Positions 7,301 through 15,020 of a stretch of 19,374 nucleotides of DNA are shown piece by piece. The position numbers and the translations under genes are program-made. The notes under the pieces were generated by a model. It saw only the letters and a list, made by a program, of their open reading frames with translations. It ran no database searches and was not told the DNA's origin. Numbering within the stretch: the first letter of the stretch is position 1; each line of letters opens with the position of its first letter. Origin of the DNA: Gemmatimonadota bacterium (GTDB lineage Bacteria > Gemmatimonadota > Gemmatimonadetes > Gemmatimonadales > GWC2-71-9); NCBI GenBank assembly GCA_039586365.1, contig JBDHKN010000088.1:1-19374 (forward strand). The letters run 5' to 3'.

Positions 7301-10300
7301 ATGGCAATACTGACCATTGACGGTGTGGAAGTCGAGGTTCCAGAGGGTTCGACGGTACTCCAGGCGGCGGAAAAGCTGGGCGTCAAGATACCTACTCTCT
7401 GCCACCATAGGTCCTTGGCACCCTACGGCGCCTGCCGCCTGTGCCTTGTGGAGCTGGAGGCCGCAGGTGGGTCAAAAATCGAGGCTTCTTGCGTCTATCC
7501 AGCCCTGGAAGGCCTCGTGGTCAAGACCGACACGGAGAGAGTTCTCAAGACTCGTAGCATCATGATGGAATTGCTGCTGGCCCGCTGCCCGGAGGTAGAG
7601 TCGCTGAAGCAGCTAGCGAAGAGTCTGGGGGTCGAAGACACCCGCTTCCCGAAGAAGGATGAGGATTGCATCCTGTGCGGTCTGTGCGTCCGCGTATGCC
7701 AGGAGCGGATGGGGGTTGGCGCCATCAACTTCGTCAACCGTGGTTCATCCCGGAAGATCTCGTCTCCCTACGACAGGCACTCGCCTATTTGTATGGCGTG
7801 TGGTGCCTGTCAAGTTGTCTGCCCGATGGAGGTAGTCGATCTGTCCGAGGTCACCCTCAACAAACCCAGACCCATAATGGCTGATTATGACGTGGGTCTG
7901 ACCCAACGGTCTTCCATCTACATACCGTTCCCTCAGGCTATACCTAAGGTCGCAACGATCGATCGTGATACCTGCATGCATCTGCTTACAGGCCTTTGCA
8001 GGTCCTGTGAGAACTTCTGCCAGGCGCAGGCGATTGACTTCTCGCAAAAGGACGAGATCGAAGGAATCGATGTCGGTGCGGTGGTCTTGGCGCCCGGATT
8101 CGAGCAGTTCAATCCTGAACTGAAGAAGGAATTCGGCTACGGCAGATACCCCAACGTCGTCTCCAGTCTCCAGTTCGAGCGGATCCTTTCCGCCAGCGGG
8201 CCGTATCTCGGGAAGGTGCTCAGACCATCCGACCTCCAGCATCCGAAGAGGATCGCGTGGATCCAGTGCGTCGGCTCGCGAGAGGTGGAGCGCAACTACT
8301 GCTCCTCCGTCTGCTGCATGTACGCGACGAAGGAGGCCGTTATCGCCAAGGAACACGAGCCCGACCTCGACTGCACGATCTTCTACATCGACATGCGTGC
8401 GTTCGGTAAGGGGTTTGATGCGTACTATTATCGTGCCAAAGAGCTGGGCGTCAGATACGTCCGCTGTTCTCCTTCGTCGATCAAGGAAGTTCCTGATACG
8501 AACAACCTGAGGATCACCTATCAGCGGGAGGATGGCGAGCGCGTCACAGAAGAGTTCGACATGGTCGTTCTCTCCACTGGTCTGGCTCCTCCTAAGGAGG
8601 TGCGTGATCTGGTGCAGAAGTTCGGGATCGACCTCAACCAGCACGGTTTCGCCGCTACAGGGACGCTGGCGCCTGTCGAGACGTCGCGACCCGGGATCTA
8701 TGTCTGCGGGCCGTTTGCTGGGCCCAAGGACATCCCCGAGACGGTGATGGAGGCCTCGGCCAGTGCCTCGAAGGCGATGGCACTTCTGGCGGAGGAACGA
8801 GGCTCGCTAATCAAGGGCAAGGAGTACCCACCTGAAAATGATGTGACGGGCCAGGAACCGCGCATCGGCGTGTTTGTCTGCCACTGCGGCAGGAATATCG
8901 GCGGCGTTGCCGATGTGCCTTCGGTGGTCGAATACGCGAGGACGCTGGCCAACGTCGTCTATGCGGAGGACAATCTCTACACGTGCTCAACTGACACGCA
9001 GGATAAGATCAAGGAGATGATCGCGGAGCACGACCTCAACCGCGTGGTAGTGGCGTCGTGCAGCCCGAGGACCCATGAGCCTCTGTTCCGCAACACGTGT
9101 CGGGAGGCCGGTCTCAACGAGTACCTGTTCGAGATGGCGAATATCCGCGATCAGTGCACGTGGGTCCACATGAGTGAGCCGCAGAAGGCGACACGGAAGT
9201 CGAAGGACCTGCTGCGGATGGCCGTGGCCAAGGCGAGGTTGTTGGAGCCCTTGCACAAGGGCAGCCTGAAGGTGAGCAACGAAGCCCTGGTGATCGGGGG
9301 AGGTATGGCGGGCATGACCGCCGCTCTCAACCTCGCCGAGCAGGGGTTCCAGGTGCACCTCGTGGAGAAAGAGGAGGAACTGGGAGGGAACTTCAATCAC
9401 ATACGCAGCTTGCTCAACGGTGGGAACCCTCAGCGAACACTGACTGAGACCGTCGAAAGGGTCAAATCTCATCGCCGGATTAACGTCTATCTGGGGAGCA
9501 CGGTCTCGGCGGTTGAAGGATCGGTAGGCAACTTCGCCTCCACGATATCGCAGAACGGTACGGAACAACAGGTGGCGCACGGTGTCGCGATCGTGGCTAC
9601 CGGGGCGACCGAATACGAGCCGACCGAGTACCTCTACGGTGAGCATCCGCGGGTCCTGACACAACGTACTCTGGAGGAGTGGATCTTCGAGAACAGGGCC
9701 GAGCTTCAGGAGCTCAAGTCGGTCGTCATGATTCAGTGTGTGGGTTCAAGAGATGAGGAACGGCCATACTGCAGTCGGATTTGCTGTTCGCAGGCGGTGA
9801 AGAACGCCATCGCCCTGAAGGACCTACGTCCGGAGGCGGCTGTGACTGTTCTCTATCGTGACATACGGACGTACGGTCTGTACGAAGAGTATTACAGAAA
9901 GGCGCGAGAGAAGGGTGTGCGGTTCGTCCGATACGAGGAGGATCGGAAACCTCAGGTGTCCTCCAGCAATGGCGTGCTTCGTGTGTCCACTGCGGATCCC
10001 ATTCTCAATGCTACACTGCATATAGACTGCGACATGGTGGTGCTAGCTCCTGCCATCGTACCGAGGGGCGATACGGAGCAGGTGGGCAAGTTGTTCAAGG
10101 TGCCGCTTAACCAGGACAAGTACTTTCTCGAGGCCCACATGAAGTTGAGACCGGTGGATTTCGCTACCGACGGCGTGTTCATGTGCGGCCTGGCCCACTG
10201 TCCCAAGTCGGTCGAGGAGAGTATCGCGCAGGCGGACGCCGCCGCAGCCAGGGCTGCAACGATCCTCTCCAAGGACGAGATCGAGCTCGAGGCTACCATA

Positions 10301-10546
10301 TCTGAGGTTGTGGATGCGAACTGCGACGGGTGTGCGTACTGCATCGATCCCTGCCCGTATAACGCGCTCACGCTGATCGAATACATGTATCAGGGCAGTA
10401 TCAAGAAGGCCGTCGATCGAGATGCAGCGCTTTGTAAGGGCTGCGGCGTGTGTCAGGCGACATGCCCCAAGAAAGGGATATATATCCGCAACTTCAGGCT
10501 TGAGCAGTTGAGCGCGATGGTAGACGCTGCATTGGAAGTGGCCTAA
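7301..10546 (+). CDS. hdrA: Large HdrA-family flavo-FeS protein: NuoG/HydA-like N-terminal FeS domain, C-terminal part of one HdrA, then a second HdrA unit
   Basis: NuoG-type: IPTLC, GACRLCLVE, ASC, CILCGLCVRVC, CMACGACQVVCP. HdrA copy 1 from ~7880: GLTQRSSIYIPFPQAIP, YGRYPNVVSSLQFER, IQCVGSR..YCSSVCC, GPKDIPETV. HdrA copy 2 from ~8860: RIGVFVCHCG, ASCSPRTHE, NIRDQC, GGGMAG, QCVGSR..YCSRICC, and a C-terminal 2x[4Fe-4S]. Confidence 0.92.
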   Translation: MAILTIDGVEVEVPEGSTVLQAAEKLGVKIPTLCHHRSLAPYGACRLCLVELEAAGGSKIEASCVYPALEGLVVKTDTERVLKTRSIMMELLLARCPEVESLKQLAKSLGVEDTRFPKKDEDCILCGLCVRVCQERMGVGAINFVNRGSSRKISSPYDRHSPICMACGACQVVCPMEVVDLSEVTLNKPRPIMADYDVGLTQRSSIYIPFPQAIPKVATIDRDTCMHLLTGLCRSCENFCQAQAIDFSQKDEIEGIDVGAVVLAPGFEQFNPELKKEFGYGRYPNVVSSLQFERILSASGPYLGKVLRPSDLQHPKRIAWIQCVGSREVERNYCSSVCCMYATKEAVIAKEHEPDLDCTIFYIDMRAFGKGFDAYYYRAKELGVRYVRCSPSSIKEVPDTNNLRITYQREDGERVTEEFDMVVLSTGLAPPKEVRDLVQKFGIDLNQHGFAATGTLAPVETSRPGIYVCGPFAGPKDIPETVMEASASASKAMALLAEERGSLIKGKEYPPENDVTGQEPRIGVFVCHCGRNIGGVADVPSVVEYARTLANVVYAEDNLYTCSTDTQDKIKEMIAEHDLNRVVVASCSPRTHEPLFRNTCREAGLNEYLFEMANIRDQCTWVHMSEPQKATRKSKDLLRMAVAKARLLEPLHKGSLKVSNEALVIGGGMAGMTAALNLAEQGFQVHLVEKEEELGGNFNHIRSLLNGGNPQRTLTETVERVKSHRRINVYLGSTVSAVEGSVGNFASTISQNGTEQQVAHGVAIVATGATEYEPTEYLYGEHPRVLTQRTLEEWIFENRAELQELKSVVMIQCVGSRDEERPYCSRICCSQAVKNAIALKDLRPEAAVTVLYRDIRTYGLYEEYYRKAREKGVRFVRYEEDRKPQVSSSNGVLRVSTADPILNATLHIDCDMVVLAPAIVPRGDTEQVGKLFKVPLNQDKYFLEAHMKLRPVDFATDGVFMCGLAHCPKSVEESIAQADAAAARAATILSKDEIELEATISEVVDANCDGCAYCIDPCPYNALTLIEYMYQGSIKKAVDRDAALCKGCGVCQATCPKKGIYIRNFRLEQLSAMVDAALEVA

Positions 10547-10565
10547 GGAAAGGACTCTGCCGGCC

Positions 10566-10982
10566 ATGGCGAACGAGGACTTCGAACCGATCATCATCGG
10601 CTTCTGCTGTAATTGGTGTTCATACGCGGGAGCGGACCTCGCTGGTGTGTCGCGACTTCAGTATCCGACGAATCTGCGGATCATCCGGGTGATGTGTTCC
10701 GGGATGGTGCATCCGAACCTGGTCATCGACGCGCTCACGAAAGGCGCCGATGGCGTTCTGATATGTGGCTGCCATATCGGAGACTGTCACTATCTCGAAG
10801 GGAACCTGAAGACCGAGGGTCGCAAGGAGGCCATCGAGCTCATGCTGGAGGATTTCGGCGTGGAGCCCGAGCGATTCAGATTGGAATGGGTATCGGCGTC
10901 CGAGGGTCCTCAGTTCGCCGAGGTGGTGCGGGAGATGAGCGAGGCTGTTCGTGAACTGGGGCCCAGCCCCTATAAAGCCTGA
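10566..10982 (+). CDS. mvhD: MvhD/FlxD-like [2Fe-2S] subunit
   Basis: FCCNWCSYAGADLAG, RVMCSG, GCHIGDCHY, EWVSASEG, LGPSP motifs; directly after hdrA. Confidence 0.96.
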   Translation: MANEDFEPIIIGFCCNWCSYAGADLAGVSRLQYPTNLRIIRVMCSGMVHPNLVIDALTKGADGVLICGCHIGDCHYLEGNLKTEGRKEAIELMLEDFGVEPERFRLEWVSASEGPQFAEVVREMSEAVRELGPSPYKA

Positions 10983-11048
10983 GGCTGTTCGTCGAGTCCC
11001 ACGGTTTGGGGCTCCGGGTTGGCGAGGACTTGGCACAGGATTCGAGAC

Positions 11049-11246
11049 ATGCCTGAGCAAGTACGTTATTTCGAAGGTAAGAAGTACCTCTGGGACGGGG
11101 GAGAGTACGACAGCGAGGAGAACGCCAGGGCAAAGGAGAAAGAGTACAGCGACAACGGCTTCGAGGTCCGTGTGTGGCGTAAGGACGGGACGGTGCTCCT
11201 CTACACACGGCGGGTCGTTAAGGAGGTGGTAGTCGAGGGAGGCTGA
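11049..11246 (+). CDS. Small hypothetical protein (65 aa)
   Basis: MPEQVRYFEGKKYLWDG...YTRRVVKEVVVEGG. Protein-like composition, co-oriented, fills the gap between mvhD and the regulator, AGGA at 11037-11040. Confidence 0.78.
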   Translation: MPEQVRYFEGKKYLWDGGEYDSEENARAKEKEYSDNGFEVRVWRKDGTVLLYTRRVVKEVVVEGG

Positions 11247-11317
11247 GAAGAGGGGCTGGGTGGAAGGAGACGTGGTACAGCAACTGCGTTGACAAGGGCG
11301 CTGCCGGCGCGAGGACA

Positions 11318-11728
11318 ATGAGTAGAACTCGGATACTGATCATCGATGATGACCCGGATTTCGTGGATGCCACAAAAGCGATCCTCGAAACAGGGCAATA
11401 CGAGGTAAGCTGTGCCTACAACGAGGACGAGGGCTTGCAGAGTTTGGAAGAAGAGATTCCCGACCTCATCATATTGGACATCATGATGAGGAGATTCGCC
11501 GAAGGCTTTACCTTCGCACGGGGGATCAGGAAGGATCCACGGTACCAGAAGATACCGATCATCGTAGCGACATCGGTACGTGAACAGACGGGGTTCGATT
11601 TCCCGGGCGAGCCCAAGCACCCGAAGTTCTTCCCCATAGACGAGTTCATGGAGAAGCCTCTTGAGCCGCAGCTTCTCTTGGAGACGATTGAGCGGCTGCT
11701 CGCGAAGAGAGATGACGATCCTGCGTAA
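11318..11728 (+). CDS. Single-domain response regulator (REC)
   Basis: ILIIDDD, PDLIILDIMM (phospho-acceptor Asp), IPIIVATS and FMEKP motifs; no output domain. Confidence 0.93.
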   Translation: MSRTRILIIDDDPDFVDATKAILETGQYEVSCAYNEDEGLQSLEEEIPDLIILDIMMRRFAEGFTFARGIRKDPRYQKIPIIVATSVREQTGFDFPGEPKHPKFFPIDEFMEKPLEPQLLLETIERLLAKRDDDPA

Positions 11729-11762
11729 GTGACGGAGTCTCCTTAAGAGGGAGGAGGGTATC

Positions 11763-12716
11763 ATGCCAGTAAAAGTGGCAGAAGAGTGGCTGAACATCTG
11801 CGGAGGATGTGAGGTCACGATCCTGGACATCGGCGAGCCGCTTCTGGACCTGCTGTCCGAGCTCGACTTCGTCCACATGCCGGTGTTGATGGACCACAAG
11901 TACTTCGGGCAGACAGGGGAGAAGACGGAACTCGAGATCCCCGAGGCGGATGTGGGGATCATCTCCGGAGGTGTCAGGAACGAGAAGGAGAAGCACGTCA
12001 CCGAGGAGATGAGAAAGAAGTGCGGCACGCTCATTGCCCTCGGATCGTGTGCGTGCTACGGGGGTATTCCTGCCCTCGCGAACATGTTTCCTCTCGAGGC
12101 CCTCTACCAGAAGGTGTACAGGGAGTCGAAGACTACAGACTCCGCTGACACGCCGACGGAGAATATCCCGCCGCTGCTAGACCGGGTGTACGCGGTGGAC
12201 GAGGTTGTGCCTGTCGACGTGTATATTCCGGGCTGTCCCACAAACCCGGACATCATTGTCAAGGCACTCACTGCGCTTCTGGAGGGCAAGTCCTTCGAGC
12301 TTCCCGAGCGAAGCGTGTGTGACGAGTGCCCACTGAAACGGGAGAAGAAGGCTGCAGGCGGCGAGATCAAGAGGACCCTCGAGTCGGTTGACTTCAAACA
12401 AGACGCGCCTTGGGAGCATACAAGGTGCTTCATGGAGCAGGGGTACCTGTGCCTGGGGCCCGTCACCCTGGCGGGTTGTGGCCATAAGGAAGGAGGGAAC
12501 GGAGTAACGGTCCCGCGTTGTATCAGGGGCTATATGCCGTGTCGGGGATGTTTCGGCCCGATCCGCAAGGGGGCCAACCCCATGGTTGACATGATGAGCG
12601 CGATCTCATCTATCGGGCTGGACGCCAAGCAGGTAGAGGATAGACGAGCACTGTTGAACAGGTACATCGGCGGTCAGAACCGACTCAGGCCGCTACCTGA
12701 GCGGCCCAAGAGATAG
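11763..12716 (+). CDS. mvhG: [NiFe] hydrogenase small subunit, MvhG type
   Basis: WLNICGGC, GSCACYGGIP, PGCP, VCDEC, CFMEQGYLCLGPVT..GC, CIRGYMPCRGCFGP. No Tat signal seen. Strong SD (GGAGG) upstream. Confidence 0.93.
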   Translation: MPVKVAEEWLNICGGCEVTILDIGEPLLDLLSELDFVHMPVLMDHKYFGQTGEKTELEIPEADVGIISGGVRNEKEKHVTEEMRKKCGTLIALGSCACYGGIPALANMFPLEALYQKVYRESKTTDSADTPTENIPPLLDRVYAVDEVVPVDVYIPGCPTNPDIIVKALTALLEGKSFELPERSVCDECPLKREKKAAGGEIKRTLESVDFKQDAPWEHTRCFMEQGYLCLGPVTLAGCGHKEGGNGVTVPRCIRGYMPCRGCFGPIRKGANPMVDMMSAISSIGLDAKQVEDRRALLNRYIGGQNRLRPLPERPKR

Positions 12717-12728
12717 GGGGCTGGACAG

Positions 12729-14168
12729 ATGAAAACGATCACGCTTGCTCCAGTAACCAGGATCGAGGGCCACGCCAAGGTGACGATCAACCTTGACGAC
12801 GCCGGGAATGTTGCCGACACGTTCGTCAACGTCGTCGAGCTGCGTGGCTTCGAGAAGTTCTGTATCGGCAGGCCCGTAGAGGAGCTTCCGCGCATCGTGA
12901 CGAGTATCTGCGGCGTATGCCCATGGTCGCATCACTTGGCTTCAGCGAAGGCCAATGATGCGGTGTTTGGCGTGACGCCACCGAGTGCAGGGAGAAAGCT
13001 CCGCGAGTTGTGTAATGCGATTGCCTATACCGAGGAGCACATCCTGCATTTCTTCTTCCTCGCAGGCGCGGACTACGTAATGGGTCCGGACAGTGACTAC
13101 TCGGTGAGGAACGTCATAGGCATCGCTCAGACTCATCCCGAGATCGGAAGGCAGGTGGTTCGCAACCGACACCTCGGGGCACAGATGCTAAACATTGTCT
13201 CAGGGAAGTCGATTCACCCTGTGACCGCCGTACCGGGCGGATTCAGCAAGCCGTTGACCGAGGCTGAGCGGAAAGAAGTCCTTGCCAAGGCGAATGAGGT
13301 CCTGGAGTTCGCCAAGTTCGCGATCGCGTTCGCCAAGGAGAACATCTTCCCGAAGTACCTGGATGTCGTGCAGACAACCGGGGTCATTACCACGGGCTTT
13401 CTCGGCACGGTGACCGATGACGGGACGATGGACCTCTACGATGGCAAGGCGCGGCTGATGAAGCCCGATGGCACGTACGAGGAGTTCACGTACGATCAGT
13501 ATACAGAGCATATCGGAGAGCACATCGAGCCCTGGACCTACCTGAAGTTCCCGTATGCGAAGAAGTGGGGCCCGTTCTCGATGGATCTGGACAATCCGTC
13601 AGGGATCTATCGGACGAACACGCTCGCCCGCATGAATGTCTGTGACAAGATCAGCACCCCACTGGCCCAGAAGGAGCTCGAGGAGTTCCGCGAGAAGTTC
13701 GGCAGGCCGGTTCAGCTGACGTTACTGTACAATTGGGCGAGGCTGATCGAGCTGCTCTACAATGCCGAGAAGGCGGTTGAGCTTCTCAACGACCCTGAAA
13801 TTACGAGTACGGATACCAGGGTGCCGGTGACCCCGCGGGCGGCACGGGGTGTGGGGTGCGTTGAGGCGCCCAGAGGCACGTTGATCCACGACTACGAGAC
13901 GGATGAGAACGGGCTGGTCACGGACGTCAACCTCATTGTTGGCACCACGCACAACAATGGGCCCATTAATATGTCCGTAAAACAGGCGGCACAGACTCTG
14001 ATAAAGGATGGGAACTACGATCAGGGCATTCTCAACAAGATCGAGATGGCCATACGTGCCTATGATCCGTGCCTGTCCTGCGCGACGCACGATCTCTCCG
14101 GCAGAATACCGGTGAAGATCGAGATCCGGAACTCGCAGGGGGAAGTGATTGACACCATAGCCAATTGA
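12729..14168 (+). CDS. mvhA: [NiFe] hydrogenase large subunit, MvhA type (group 3c-like)
   Basis: PVTRIEGH, RGFEKFC.GRP, L1 ICGVC, VEAPRGTLIHDY, L2 RAYDPCLSCATH followed by a 25-aa C-terminal extension. Confidence 0.95.
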   Translation: MKTITLAPVTRIEGHAKVTINLDDAGNVADTFVNVVELRGFEKFCIGRPVEELPRIVTSICGVCPWSHHLASAKANDAVFGVTPPSAGRKLRELCNAIAYTEEHILHFFFLAGADYVMGPDSDYSVRNVIGIAQTHPEIGRQVVRNRHLGAQMLNIVSGKSIHPVTAVPGGFSKPLTEAERKEVLAKANEVLEFAKFAIAFAKENIFPKYLDVVQTTGVITTGFLGTVTDDGTMDLYDGKARLMKPDGTYEEFTYDQYTEHIGEHIEPWTYLKFPYAKKWGPFSMDLDNPSGIYRTNTLARMNVCDKISTPLAQKELEEFREKFGRPVQLTLLYNWARLIELLYNAEKAVELLNDPEITSTDTRVPVTPRAARGVGCVEAPRGTLIHDYETDENGLVTDVNLIVGTTHNNGPINMSVKQAAQTLIKDGNYDQGILNKIEMAIRAYDPCLSCATHDLSGRIPVKIEIRNSQGEVIDTIAN

Positions 14169-14172
14169 GGAT

Positions 14173-14197
14173 CTGCTGAAGCGACGGGCTTCGGCAG
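14173..14197 (+). repeat. Inverted repeat, 10-bp stem (one G.U) with 5-nt loop, just after the mvhA stop
   Basis: CTGCTGAAGC-GACGG-GCTTCGGCAG. Confidence 0.6.
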
Positions 14198-14228
14198 GGG
14201 ACGTTCTGGTTATTATTGCTTGAGAGAA

Positions 14229-14271
14229 CACGTCAGTCCGTCCGCATGTCTCATGTGGACGGACTGACGTG
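14229..14271 (+). repeat. Long inverted repeat, 20-bp stem (one G.U) with 3-nt loop
   Basis: CACGTCAGTCCGTCCGCATG-TCT-CATGTGGACGGACTGACGTG; no U-tract follows. Confidence 0.9.
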
Positions 14272-14310
14272 CTTGGTGGGTAGACATGGTGCCCACTCAC
14301 AGGGAGGTAC

Positions 14311-14802
14311 GTGAGGACCGTGGCCGACTGGTACAACAAGCGGACCCTGATCCTGGGATGCGGGAACGTGTTGTTCGGCGATGACGGATTTGGCCCGGCG
14401 GTGGCCGAGTACTGTGAGCGGAACTGCGCGATCCCTGCGGACGTGTGCGTCTTGGATGTGGGGACCTCGGTCCGCAACATTCTCTTCGACGTATTGCTGG
14501 CTGATGTGAAGCCTTCGAGGATTGTGATAGTGGACGCGGTGGACTGTGGCCGCGAACCGGGCGATCTCTTCGATGCGGACATCGACTCTCTCCCCGAGAC
14601 GAAGACCGACGATTTTTCCATGCATCAGGTTCCCACCTCCAATCTGCTTCGTGAGCTGAGAGATCTGTGCGGCGTAGACGTCTCGGTGCTGGCGTGTCAG
14701 GTGGCCCGCATACCGGAGGAGGTGTCGCCGGGGCTCTCGCAGCCGGTTGCGGGAGCCGTTGAGCGAGCTGCGGAGATCCTGGCCCAGGCACACTTCAAAT
14801 AA
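14311..14802 (+). CDS. Hydrogenase maturation endopeptidase (FrhD/HybD-like)
   Basis: LILGCGNVLFGDDGFGP, LDVGT, IVDAVD and FSMHQ motifs. AGGGAGGT at 14301-14308. Start is GTG 14311 or GTG 14320. Confidence 0.92.
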   Translation: MRTVADWYNKRTLILGCGNVLFGDDGFGPAVAEYCERNCAIPADVCVLDVGTSVRNILFDVLLADVKPSRIVIVDAVDCGREPGDLFDADIDSLPETKTDDFSMHQVPTSNLLRELRDLCGVDVSVLACQVARIPEEVSPGLSQPVAGAVERAAEILAQAHFK

Positions 14803-14831
14803 TCGGTGGGGGTAGTAGTTGTACGTACCCG

Positions 14832-14875
14832 CCTCGGGGTTGCTACTTAGAAACTTGACCCGAGGTGCTCTTTCC
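14832..14875 (+). terminator. Possible weak terminator or processing hairpin after the protease gene
   Basis: CCTCGGG (14832-14838) pairs with CCCGAGG (14859-14865), followed by pyrimidine-rich TGCTCTTTCC. Large loop and imperfect U-tract. Confidence 0.3.
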
Positions 14876-15020
14876 TGAACGGTCCCCACATTCTTCCGCG
14901 CAAAAGATGCCCCGCTTGGGATGCTTTGCCTCAACTCTTCCGAGTTGGTTTCAGGCACATCGCTGCCCGTAAGTAGAGATCTCAAGAGGCCACGACCGCT
15001 TGCGCATGGAGTCAGGCACG

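Noticed and set aside
7301..7860. [FeFe]-hydrogenase HydA call for the NuoG-like N-terminus
   Set aside because: No H-cluster motifs (TSCCP, MPC..K..E, ExMxCxxGC) follow; the chain continues as HdrA.
11289..11319. TTGACA as a sigma70 -35 box upstream of the response regulator
   Set aside because: The only -10-like hexamer (GACAAT) is 19 nt away and overlaps the start codon.
10566..14168. Possible selenocysteine recoding in MvhD, MvhA, HdrA or the FDH-like protein
   Set aside because: The usual Sec positions are Cys or other sense codons, and no in-frame TGA interrupts these genes.
14229..14271. Long hairpin as an intrinsic terminator, CRISPR repeat or IS end
   Set aside because: No U-tract, a single copy in the window, no spacers and no transposase.
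14920..15020. Possible Moco/Wco riboswitch upstream of the FDH-like gene
   Set aside because: Only a short CCGAG resemblance and small stems; the rest of the motif is not recognisable. An Rfam/Infernal scan would settle it.
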